DNA of 64,000 nt. Origin: Bryobacterales bacterium (GTDB lineage Bacteria; Acidobacteriota; Terriglobia; Bryobacterales; UBA6623). Position numbers and translations under genes: made by a program. Of the stretch, positions 48,417 to 57,411 are shown piece by piece (position 1 is the first letter of the stretch; each line of letters opens with the position of its first letter). Below the pieces are notes generated by a model, which had not been told where the DNA came from, did no database searches, and worked only from the letters and a program-made list of their open reading frames with translations. The stretch is taken from assembly GCA_965248105.1 (NCBI GenBank), contig CBDFIK010000006.1, positions 1,859,761-1,923,760 on the forward strand, written 5' to 3'.

Positions 48417-49373
48417 TCAGGCTGAATCTCTTGAACAGCGCTCCAAAAACCGGTCGTAATCACGAATATAGTCATCGGCATCGTAGGGCTCCGAGGCGAA
48501 CACCAACAACACCGCGTCAAGAGAGTATCTATAGTGGATGCTCCACACCATGGGGGGCAGGTAGAGCCCCACGTTGGGTTGCTGTAAGTCGAATTGCTGT
48601 CGATTCACACCGTCGTCGGCAACCACCGAGCAGCGGCCCTTAATGCAGATGAGGAACTGTTGACATTCAATATGGGCATGTTCGCCCCGCGTTTCTTCGC
48701 TTGGCACATCGAAGACGAGAAAATATCGCTTCACGGGAAAGGGCACATGATGCTCAAACTCGCCCGCACTGAGATTGCCGCGTAGATCTTTCACCAGCGG
48801 CAAACGATGCAACATAACACGCTTGACACTGGTGCTTTCGACGCCGGGCTCCTCGAGCTCGCCGGGATCAAGCACTGAGGTGTCCGGACGCAGCGAGCCG
48901 GCATTCACATAACCGGAGATTCTTGCCGGATTGCCGACCACGATCGCATTCGGTGGTACTGAACGTGTTACAACCGCGCCGGAACCAATCATCGCATTGC
49001 GGCCAATCGTCAAGCCGGGCAGGATGGTCGCATTGGCTCCGATGGACGCCCCTTGGCACACCGTCGTCTTGGGATAACTGTCCAGATACTGCCGGCTGCG
49101 AGGAAACGGGTCATTGGTAAAAGTTGCATTCGGGCCGATGAAAACATCATCTTCAATTGTGATCCCATCCCAAATCTGGACCCCCGATTTCACTGTGACG
49201 CGATTTCCAATGACCACGTCGTTTTCCACGAACACGTGATCGCAGATGTTGGACTCCTCTCCAATGTGAGCACCGGGTAGGACGTGGGCAAATGCCCAGA
49301 TCCGCGTGCCCTTGCCCACATGGTCGGTTTCACAGCAACCCAGCTGATGAACGAAGTAAGTTTTCTCACTCAC
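48417..49373 (-). CDS. WxcM-like bifunctional N-acyltransferase (hexapeptide) / sugar 3,4-ketoisomerase (FdtA/QdtA cupin)
   Basis: [28 protein letters not shown]; then [31 protein letters not shown]. Confidence 0.9.
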   Translation of the reverse strand: MSEKTYFVHQLGCCETDHVGKGTRIWAFAHVLPGAHIGEESNICDHVFVENDVVIGNRVTVKSGVQIWDGITIEDDVFIGPNATFTNDPFPRSRQYLDSYPKTTVCQGASIGANATILPGLTIGRNAMIGSGAVVTRSVPPNAIVVGNPARISGYVNAGSLRPDTSVLDPGELEEPGVESTSVKRVMLHRLPLVKDLRGNLSAGEFEHHVPFPVKRYFLVFDVPSEETRGEHAHIECQQFLICIKGRCSVVADDGVNRQQFDLQQPNVGLYLPPMVWSIHYRYSLDAVLLVFASEPYDADDYIRDYDRFLERCSRDSA

Positions 49374-50331
49374 CCGACTGTCTCTCCACTGAGCCGGCGC
49401 TCCGGCCGGGGAAAACGTCTGTGCGCATCACAACGGCTAACGGTCTGCCCTGGGTGTTACCGTAAGTGCGCCATATATAAGCCCCGACAATTCCCAGTCC
49501 CATCATATTCAAGCTGCCGAAAAACAGAATCGTAATCACAGTTGCAGCGTAGCCGGGCGCCTGCAGCCCACCAGTGATACGCAGGACGCCAACCAGTAGA
49601 GCGAAACACACGGAAAATAACAACCCAGCGCCACCCACGGCAATCAGAATCTTTATCGGCAAATCGGAGAACGCAAACACACTGTCCATGACGTAATCAA
49701 GCTTCTTACGCAAGGTCCAAGCGGTTTTGCCATGTCGGCGCCGCCGTCGGCGATAGTGGACCACCTTGCGCCGAAATCCTAACCAGAAAAGCAAACCGAT
49801 GAGCGAGTTGTGGCTCTCCTCCAGTTTCAAGAGGGCCCGGCGAAACAGCTGGTTGCAACCGAACACATCCACGCCGCCCTCGGGAACCTCAGCTATAACC
49901 ATCCGACGGTAGAACCACCAAAACGCTCGCGACGCCAATCGACTCAACGGAGGATCCTCACGGCTCTCCCGCGCGCCAATCGCCACGTCGCATTCGTCGG
50001 ATCTGAGACTGCGAAAGAACTCCAAAACCAACTCCGGCGGCTCCTGGAGATCCGCAGCCATCACCGCGAAGTGCTCACCTTGGGCGGCCTGCAGCCCGCT
50101 ACGAATACCGGCCAGGGATCCGTAATTGCGTGAATGCAATAGCAACTGTGAGGCGAACCCCATCTTCGGCAAACCGTTCTTTAGCAGCTCATGACAGCGA
50201 TCCGGGCTGCCGTCCACCACAAAGACCACTTCCAAACGGGCATCGAGCGACGCTTGGATCTGTTCAAGCGCGTTCAGCAAATCCGGTATCGATTCCTCAT
50301 TCTTATAGACGGGGATAACCAGTGAAACCAT
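49366..50331 (-). CDS. GT2 polyprenol-phosphate glycosyltransferase (GtrB/ArnC/DPM-like)
   Basis: [33 protein letters not shown], two C-terminal TM helices, [11 protein letters not shown]. Confidence 0.88.
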   Translation of the reverse strand: MVSLVIPVYKNEESIPDLLNALEQIQASLDARLEVVFVVDGSPDRCHELLKNGLPKMGFASQLLLHSRNYGSLAGIRSGLQAAQGEHFAVMAADLQEPPELVLEFFRSLRSDECDVAIGARESREDPPLSRLASRAFWWFYRRMVIAEVPEGGVDVFGCNQLFRRALLKLEESHNSLIGLLFWLGFRRKVVHYRRRRRRHGKTAWTLRKKLDYVMDSVFAFSDLPIKILIAVGGAGLLFSVCFALLVGVLRITGGLQAPGYAATVITILFFGSLNMMGLGIVGAYIWRTYGNTQGRPLAVVMRTDVFPGRSAGSVERQSGE

Positions 50332-51431
50332 CAGCGTTCCCAGCGATTCATGATGTCACAACCGCGCCTCACGTGATCGAGGTCCAGTTCCGGATAGCAA
50401 GGCAAGGTAAGAATTTCACGCACCGCCTGCTCACTGGCCGGCAGATGAACGTGGCGATAGTCTGTTTTCAGAAACGGCTGTTGGTAATCGAGCAGTGGAT
50501 AATGAACGTCTGTCGAGACACCGTGCTGCTTCAGGTAATTGCGTAAGGCGTCCCGCCTGGCACTTCGCACCACGTAGAGGTGTGCCACGTAGTCGTCGCC
50601 ATCGACCGGAGGCGTCAAGATATCCGGGTGCTTGAGTGTCGCACTGTAACATTTGGCTACCGCTCTGCGTTGGGCGTTCCAACGGTCGAGGAAACCCAGC
50701 TTTACCCGCAACAACGCCGCCTGAAGCTCGTCGAGACGACCGTTTCTGCCGCCTCGATGCAAAACGACATATTTGTCCTGCCAGCCATACTGACGCAGGT
50801 TTTTTACGCGCCGGGCGAGGGCGGCATCGGAAGTCGCCACCGCACCAGCCTCACCCAGAGCACCCAAATTCTTTGTGGGATAAAAACTGAAGGCAGCCCC
50901 GTCACCCCAGGAACCGGCGCGCCGACCGTTCAGTGAAGCGCCGTGAGACTGGGCGCAGTCCTCAACCAGGGCCAAGCCGTTTTGTTCTGAGAGGGCGCGC
51001 AGGCCTACCATATCCGCCATGCGTCCAAACAAATGGGTAGCAATCACAACCCTGGTGCGCGCCGTGATCTGCCGACCGACCGACTCCGGGGACAGCGTCA
51101 GCGTTGCTGGATCCACGTCGGCGTAAACTGGGACCGCCCCGACTGCAAGTATTGCCGTAGTCGCGTACATCCCGGCATTAGGGGCGGTGACGACTTCGTC
51201 CCGGGGACCCACTTCGAGCGCACGGAGCAAGAGATCCAGGGCATCAGTGCCACTGGCGACACCGACACAGTGGCTCGCGCCACAATAGGCGGCAAATTCC
51301 TCTTCAAAGGCATGCACCTCCGGGCCCAGCACAAACCAGCCGCTACTCACGACGCGTTCAACGGTCGCCATAAGCGCCTCGGCCAAAGGAGCCGTGTGCG
51401 CCCTGAGATCATTGATCTTCTCGAGTGGCAT
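50331..51431 (-). CDS. DegT/DnrJ/EryC1/StrS PLP aminotransferase (FdtB/QdtB-like)
   Basis: LGPEVHAFEEEFA, SGTDAL, EDCAQSHGA, FSFYPTKNLGALG, NGRLDELQAA. Confidence 0.92.
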   Translation of the reverse strand: MPLEKINDLRAHTAPLAEALMATVERVVSSGWFVLGPEVHAFEEEFAAYCGASHCVGVASGTDALDLLLRALEVGPRDEVVTAPNAGMYATTAILAVGAVPVYADVDPATLTLSPESVGRQITARTRVVIATHLFGRMADMVGLRALSEQNGLALVEDCAQSHGASLNGRRAGSWGDGAAFSFYPTKNLGALGEAGAVATSDAALARRVKNLRQYGWQDKYVVLHRGGRNGRLDELQAALLRVKLGFLDRWNAQRRAVAKCYSATLKHPDILTPPVDGDDYVAHLYVVRSARRDALRNYLKQHGVSTDVHYPLLDYQQPFLKTDYRHVHLPASEQAVREILTLPCYPELDLDHVRRGCDIMNRWER

Positions 51432-51483
51432 AACGGTACAGCAGCCCTAGGCCGCGATACGAGCCGCCTCGCGCCTCACGCGA

Positions 51484-51744
51484 CTACTTCTGGAGTCTAG
51501 ACAACGCGTTCTTCGCCAAACGGCTATCGGGGTCGATAGCGAGAACATCCTGGTAGGCACGCATTGCCTCTTGTTGTCTCCCATACTGTTCATAGATCCG
51601 GCCCAACAAGACTCGAGCCGGAATGTCGCCAGGTTCCACCTGGATTGCCTTCCGGCAGTGCGCCAGCGGCAGTTTCTCGTCTCCCCGCTTCCGGTAGATA
51701 TCCGCCAGCAGCCGAACAGGCCGGGTTATTTGGAAAGCCGGCCT
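51484..51744 (-). pseudogene. TPR-repeat gene fragment lacking an in-frame start
   Basis: Manual translation includes RLLADIYRKRGDEKLPLAHCRKAIQVEPGDIPARVLLGRIYEQYGRQQEAMRAYQDVLAIDPDSRLAKNALSRLQK*; bounded upstream by in-frame TGA at 51745-51747. Confidence 0.6.
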
Positions 51745-52037
51745 TCAAGCCGATTCCGGCAAAGCCTGATGTCTGCGCTGAATCCCCTGCCGCTGATTCT
51801 CCCACATTGCGGACGGCTGCCTGGATTGTTAAATCTGGCCTCCGAACCAAGTTCCGTAGCGCATGGCTGGGCGGTCGTTTGGTCCAGACCTGCGGCCTTT
51901 GAGTACGTCCGACTCTAGCCGGCCGCCTGATTTGGGATGGCTTGTCCGGAAAACAAACACAAACTGGCCACAGGTCTCGAGAACAGCACCGAGGCATGCG
52001 CTAACACCAGACGGCCATCTCCGGATAGGATTGAGAG

Positions 52038-52601
52038 GTGGTGATCGAGCAACGCCTCATGCGCTTGTCCTTGAGACCAAACTCATGGCTAAAGTGGAAG
52101 CGTATTCTAGTCGCTTCGCTCGTGATCGCTGTCTGCTGCTCCTGGTTCCAAGCTGACCTCGAGCCGCTCACCAGCGAAGAGTGGGCAACCGTCGTTGAGG
52201 CGCACAAGGGCCGTTTGCTGGTGGTCAACGTTTGGGCAAGCTGGTGTCGAAGCTGCGTCGAGCTTTTCCCTTCCGTTGTTGATCTATCGAACCAGTACAA
52301 TCCCGACCGGATACAGTTCCTCTCCCTCTCGATTGACGACTCGAACGACTCCGCCGCCCTCGAGCAGGCGCAGCGGTTTCTCGACAATCAGGACGCCGAC
52401 TTCCTTCATTACCTGCTGACCCACGAAATCACAGAGGCACTTGAAAGCCTCGGTCTGGAAAGCATTCCGGCCATAATGGTTTACGATGCCGAGGGGCGGC
52501 TTCGCCACCGGTTCCAAGGAGATGACGATGAGATCGAGGTGAGCCCGGCCGATCTGCGAGATGCCATCGAGTCACTCTTGGCACCCGTCAATGAGCTCTA
52601 G
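52038..52601 (+). CDS. TlpA-like thioredoxin-fold disulfide reductase
   Basis: LLVVNVWASWCRSC, SIP, YDAEGR; N-terminal anchor. Confidence 0.85.
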   Translation: MVIEQRLMRLSLRPNSWLKWKRILVASLVIAVCCSWFQADLEPLTSEEWATVVEAHKGRLLVVNVWASWCRSCVELFPSVVDLSNQYNPDRIQFLSLSIDDSNDSAALEQAQRFLDNQDADFLHYLLTHEITEALESLGLESIPAIMVYDAEGRLRHRFQGDDDEIEVSPADLRDAIESLLAPVNEL

Positions 52602-52830
52602 CAAGTGACTCAGACGGAAAAGGTGCACTCGCGGTTCGACTGCTCGGGGCCGCGACCGTCCAAAGTGCCTTGGTTCGAGTTCCAGAACGCCCTCTCTGCG
52701 CTGGCTATAATGGTTCTGGACCGGGCGGCCCAGAGCTATTAACTTGGCTGCAACCACGCGGGTTTCGCTTTTCCGACGGTTGTCCATTTCGATTCGTCGC
52801 GCTGCAGCCACAAGGAGAATCGCCGACTCC

Positions 52831-53633
52831 ATGGCTCCTGAGAAAACCTTACTGCGACGGGTTGGCAAGGCCATTCATGAGTTCCGCATGATTCGCCACG
52901 GCGACCGTATCGCCGTGGGCGTTTCGGGGGGGCAAGGACTCGCTGACGCTTCTCGACGCTTTGTTGTCGCTCCAGAAAAAGTCTCCGGTGAAATACACCT
53001 TGCACGCCTTTACCGTGGAACAGGGTAAATTCACCCGCCCCATCGAGCCGCTTGCCGACTACTTGAAAACGCGGAACATTCCCTGGACCTATTACCGCGA
53101 TGAGCCTTCGTTGCAGCTGCTCGCCGACGATCCGGACCACGGCTGCGACCTGTGCAGCCGCTATCGACGCCGAGCGGTGTATGAGATTGCCTCGACTCTG
53201 GGTGCGAACGTGGTAGCTTTAGGGCACACGGCCGACGACTTCTGTGAGTCACTGCTCAGGAACACCCTTTATGCGGGTCGGTTGAGTGCGCTGCCGGCGG
53301 TCACCTATTCTCGTTCCGGCGATTTTCGGATCATTCGGCCGCTGGTCTACGTCTCCGAGGAGGTGACTTCGTCGTACGCCGACCAACGTGCTATGCCCAT
53401 CACGCCTTGTGCGTGTTCCCAGCGCACCGGCACCGTCCGACGATCGCTGCGGGAGTTTTTGGCCGAAACTAAGAAAGGACACCCCCCACGTGCTGGAAAA
53501 TATCCTTTCGGCCATGAGTCGCATTGATACGCCCCGGCTGCTCGACCGGCGATTTCTCGATTTCGACCAAGGGGGGCCCTTGCCCGGCGCCCAAACCCCT
53601 CCGCTGCTTCCGGTTTTGACGAAAGGCGGTTGA
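52831..53633 (+). pseudogene. ttcA: tRNA 2-thiocytidine synthase with two +1 frameshifts (or sequence errors)
   Basis: VSGG then KDSLTLL across a G7 run (52926-52932); GCDLCSRYRR, LGHTADD, IIRPL, PCAC; C-terminus PHVLENILSAM in another frame after about 53465-53485. Confidence 0.88.
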
Positions 53634-53717
53634 TGGTTTCCCTACACCGCCGAGGTTCCGATGGAGGGGCGCCGGGCGGAAACTGACCGCACCCGGACCA
53701 AACGTGGAAGGCCCAAT

Positions 53718-54332
53718 ATGAAATTTCTCCCCAAAGACCAACAGTTCTTCGATCTCTTTGAGAAGCAGTCTCAGCTGATCGTGGAGGCTGCTGAAATGCT
53801 GGATCAAGGCGTAACAGCGAAGGAAACCGACTGGAACACGCTGCGCATTCGGGTTCATCAGATCGAAAACAAAGGCGACGACATCACGCATGAAACTCTG
53901 ACGCGGCTCCACCGGACCTTCATTACGCCGATGGAGCCCCAGGACATCCACGATATTTGTCTCCGCCTCGACGATGTCCTCGACATGGTCGACGAGGTAG
54001 CCGGGCGGTTCCACATCTTCAAGGTCACGAGCCTTCCTAGCTGCGTTCAGACGATGACACAAAACCTCGTCGCCAACAGCCATGCGACGGCCGCGGCGGT
54101 GCGGGCCGTGGCCGCAGGGAAAGATGTCTCCTCGCTGCTCATCAAGATCCACGACCTGGAGGACGAAGCCGATCAAGTGAACCACCAAGCTTTGACGGAC
54201 CTATTCGACACCGAGAAAGACCCCATCCGCTTGATCAAGCTCAAGGAGATTATTGAGCTGCTGGAAGAAGCCGCTGATTCATTCGAAGGGGTGGCGCATG
54301 TCCTCGAGGCAGCCGTCGTCAAGAATGCTTGA
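53718..54332 (+). CDS. DUF47 / PhoU-like phosphate transport regulator
   Basis: IENKGDDITH, LHRTFITPMEPQDI, LDDVLD, EDEAD, LEEAADSFE; upstream of a PiT transporter. Confidence 0.9.
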   Translation: MKFLPKDQQFFDLFEKQSQLIVEAAEMLDQGVTAKETDWNTLRIRVHQIENKGDDITHETLTRLHRTFITPMEPQDIHDICLRLDDVLDMVDEVAGRFHIFKVTSLPSCVQTMTQNLVANSHATAAAVRAVAAGKDVSSLLIKIHDLEDEADQVNHQALTDLFDTEKDPIRLIKLKEIIELLEEAADSFEGVAHVLEAAVVKNA

Positions 54333-54378
54333 GGCGGTTAGCTTGGCAGCCTGTTTCGTAAATTCGGTTGCGTATGTG

Positions 54379-54491
54379 TAGAAGCCAGGTGGACGATCGG
54401 GAACTTCGGGCACGGCATGCCGTGCCCCTACCTTTCCAGACACCCATCAGATCTGTAGGGGCACAGCATGCTGTGCCCGCCTGCGCTCGCC
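54379..54491 (-). repeat. REP family C doublet (REPIN-like)
   Basis: GGGCACGGCATGCCGTGCCC+CTAC (54408-54431) and GTAG+GGGCACAGCATGCTGTGCCC (54455-54478), with flanks matching 33817-33905 inverted. Confidence 0.85.
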
Positions 54492-54620
54492 TGCTGGAGT
54501 ACTTAGGCCCCTTGGTGCGAATCTGCCGTCGTTTTGGTCACCAACGCCTGAACGGAGCGAGACTCAGCCGATGAGGTGCGGTCTTTCGAAAGCTAGCGAG
54601 ACGACGCTACCAGGAGACGA

Positions 54621-55649
54621 ATGGAGAACTTAGGATTCATTGTCGTTATTGTGTTCGTGGCGCTCGTTTTCGACTTTTTTAACGGCTTTAACGACGCCGC
54701 GAATGCGATCGCGACCGTGGTCGCTACTCGCGTCCTTAGCCCGGGTCACGCAGTGTTCTGGGCTGCGTTTTTCAACTTCATCGCCGCCTTCGGCTTTGGG
54801 ACGGCTGTGGCGAAAACGATCGGCCAGGGCATGGTCGCGCAGGAAGCCGTCACACAGTACGTCGTGATCGGCGGCTTGTTCGGCGCCATTTTCTGGACCT
54901 GGCTTGCCTCCCACCTCGGTTTGCCCATCAGCGCCTCTCACGCCCTCGTCGGCGGCTATGGAGGGGCGGCGATGGCATACGTTGGCTTGACGCGGGGGTG
55001 GTCTCAGGTGATGACCGCGATTGTCACCGATGGCTGGGTGAAGACGGGCACGTTCATCTTTGTCGCCCCGCTAATGGGTTTGGTTGCTGGATCGCTGCTG
55101 ATGATCGCAGTGGCATGGATTTTCCGTCGTGGTCACCCTTCCACCTTGGATTACTATTTCCGCCGTCTGCAATTGTTCTCTTCCGCCGTGTTTAGCTTCG
55201 CCCACGGCACCAACGACGCCCAAAAGACCATGGGCATCATCGCCAGTGCTCTGTTCGCGCTCGGTCATCTGGAAACGTTTTACATTCCGTTCTGGGTCAT
55301 TCTCTCGGCGCATGCGGCGATCGCACTCGGTACGTTCATGGGAGGCTGGCGGGTCATCAGAACGATGGGGCATCGTATTACCAAGCTGAAGCCGGTCGGA
55401 GGTTTCTGTGCCGAAACGGGCGGTGCTTTTACCGTCTTGCTGGCTGCCAGGTTGGGCATCCCCGCCAGCACGACGCACACGATCGCGGGAGCTATCGCGG
55501 GCGTGGGAACGGCGCAACGCGTGCGCGCCGTGCGCTGGGGCAAGGCGAGGGAAATCCTTTGGGCTTGGGCACTTACGCTTCCTACGACGATCGCCGCCGG
55601 CGGCTTGGGCTACATGATCATTCACGCCTTGATTCCTGGGGCGGCCTAG
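54621..55649 (+). CDS. pit: PiT-family inorganic phosphate transporter
   Basis: NGFNDAANAIAT and AHGTNDAQK PiT signatures, GIPASTTHT. Confidence 0.93.
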   Translation: MENLGFIVVIVFVALVFDFFNGFNDAANAIATVVATRVLSPGHAVFWAAFFNFIAAFGFGTAVAKTIGQGMVAQEAVTQYVVIGGLFGAIFWTWLASHLGLPISASHALVGGYGGAAMAYVGLTRGWSQVMTAIVTDGWVKTGTFIFVAPLMGLVAGSLLMIAVAWIFRRGHPSTLDYYFRRLQLFSSAVFSFAHGTNDAQKTMGIIASALFALGHLETFYIPFWVILSAHAAIALGTFMGGWRVIRTMGHRITKLKPVGGFCAETGGAFTVLLAARLGIPASTTHTIAGAIAGVGTAQRVRAVRWGKAREILWAWALTLPTTIAAGGLGYMIIHALIPGAA

Positions 55650-55673
55650 GATTGATCCGGTGCATCCATCAGA

Positions 55674-55720
55674 CATGTCGCCACGAATGGCGACACGGCA
55701 CGCCGCGAGGCGTGCGCCAC
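55674..55720 (-). repeat. REP-like family B copy
   Basis: Reverse complement GTGGCGCACGC-CTCGCG-GCGTGC followed by TGTCGCCA-TTCG-TGGCGACA. Confidence 0.7.
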
Positions 55721-55857
55721 GTCCGTGCCCAGGGCAGGCCGGCGGAATCCGAGCGTAGAGCGAGGAAAGTCCGGTCAAGGCCCCACCGGCTCGACAAACG
55801 GGGCAGTTTCTCCGCTGCGGGGCCGCGCGGGGGTGCAAAGCCGTAGACCTCGGGTTT

Positions 55858-55903
55858 GTGGCGCAAGCTCTTCAGCTTGCCGCGTCGAGACTCTTCTCGA
55901 CGC
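55858..55903 (+). repeat. REP-like family B copy
   Basis: GTGGCGCAAGC-TCTTCA-GCTTGC followed by GCGTCGAGA-CTCT-TCTCGACGC. Confidence 0.7.
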
Positions 55904-55990
55904 TTGCATTTCAGTCTTTGGTGAGGGCACTCGCTTGCCGGTTAGCTTGGAGATTGAGCGGCCGATTGCGGCCCACTGGCCCAAACGTCC

Positions 55991-56084
55991 GAAAAAATCG
56001 GGGACTGCCACACGCGGCTTAGCACTAACTTCTTTAGCGTCAACGAAGGCTGAGGCCGCGGCTGGCTGTCCCCTAGATTTTTTC
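55991..56084. repeat. Nested imperfect inverted-repeat element (family D), copy 2
   Basis: Same outer arms as 40772-40867 in opposite orientation; CCCAAACGTCCGA repeated at 55980-55992 and 56100-56112. Confidence 0.8.
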
Positions 56085-56309
56085 ACAACTTCCACCGGCC
56101 CCAAACGTCCGATAAGACTAGCAGAAGGGCTGGCGACGGGAGGGTAAACCCTTGACGGCCGTAGGGTTTCTCCGAGTTCGCAACTCGGTGGAAGCACCTA
56201 GGCACCGAGCTTGCCCAGTGGACGAGAATTGACTTATGATCTTCTGAAACCCGTCGCCTGAAACCTGTGGTGACGGGTTTCGTCCAACTGATTAGTAAAG
56301 CGTTCGCGG

Positions 56310-56948
56310 ATGGAGCCTCGCATGGAGATCATCGGCAATCGAAAATACCTCGAAATCCCGGGCGGGAGCACTCATGAGTTGCCGCCGCTGCTGCTCAAGG
56401 AAAGTGCGAATCCCGCCTCGGTCGAGGAGGTGGTTCACCTCGCTGAGGGAATTGTGAGCTCCGAATCCCTTATTCCCGACGAGGTTCATGAGTCGTCTTC
56501 ATCGGAGCCGTCAGTGGACCAGAGACGGTTCACTCTGGCGCTTACGCTGGCTGAACAATATTCACAGTTTTTGCGCCACTGGGAGTGGGGCGAGTCCATT
56601 TGGGAATGGATCCAGCAGTGCGAGATTACCTTCGAGGCCAAACCGATCTTACGACCGCTGATCCGTCCGGACGTTTGGCCCCACGCCAACCATGCCAGCT
56701 TCGTGACTTTGTTGTCGGATAAGGCGATACCGAGCGGGCAGGTCAACTTGGAGAGTGCTGTCGGCGCCCGACTCACGTTTCGCCAGCCTCCTCCCATTGA
56801 CTGTTTGTCCGATAAATTCCTCTACCTGTTGAATGCCTCATTGGCCCAAAAGGCGTACCACACCTGGGCCGATGCGGCCGAGGAGATCTCTCTGCCGCCC
56901 GAGCGCTTTCATTTTCTCGTGATGGGCAGTGAGATCCGAGAAGTATAA
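56310..56948 (+). CDS. Hypothetical protein
   Basis: 212-aa ORF with normal globular composition and no competing frame; no motif recognised. Confidence 0.65.
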   Translation: MEPRMEIIGNRKYLEIPGGSTHELPPLLLKESANPASVEEVVHLAEGIVSSESLIPDEVHESSSSEPSVDQRRFTLALTLAEQYSQFLRHWEWGESIWEWIQQCEITFEAKPILRPLIRPDVWPHANHASFVTLLSDKAIPSGQVNLESAVGARLTFRQPPPIDCLSDKFLYLLNASLAQKAYHTWADAAEEISLPPERFHFLVMGSEIREV

Positions 56949-57120
56949 GCTCCGTCGGGCCAATGGCCCGCTCCGCGGCTCGTCTCGTTTCGCGGCCGAC
57001 TGACATCCGGGTTCTTTTAGCGGGCCAAGTGAAAACCGACTGCGGGGCGACTACTTCACCGGCTCAACTCGGCTTGGCGATTGTCGAAATTCCCCCTCGG
57101 AGAACTTTACCGCTAAAAAT

Positions 57121-57411
57121 GTGTGCTCCAATGCCGATATCGATATTCGGGGGACTGTGCGCTCACCGAGTCATCTAGTGATAAAAAAAGCCGGTCCCGG
57201 GTCGCAGGACTTGGAGGTCGACTACCGGTCAAAGCTTCTGGCCTCAGTCGAGAAGCTGCCTCCGCTTCCGGTAGTCCTAAACCAACTCCTCCAGATGCTG
57301 AACAGTTCGAACGCGTCTTCCGGCCAAATCGCCGTCATCATCGAAAAAGACAGCGTCTTGAGCGGAGCCGTGTTGCGCAATGTCAACTCAGCCTACTATG
57401 GACTGCCGAGC
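57121..57411 (+). pseudogene. HDOD-domain protein, 5' fragment truncated by an IS
   Basis: KLPPLPVVLNQLL...IAVIIEKDSVLSGAVLRNVNSAYYGL, ending at the IS end; no 3' half found after the IS; start uncertain. Confidence 0.82.
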
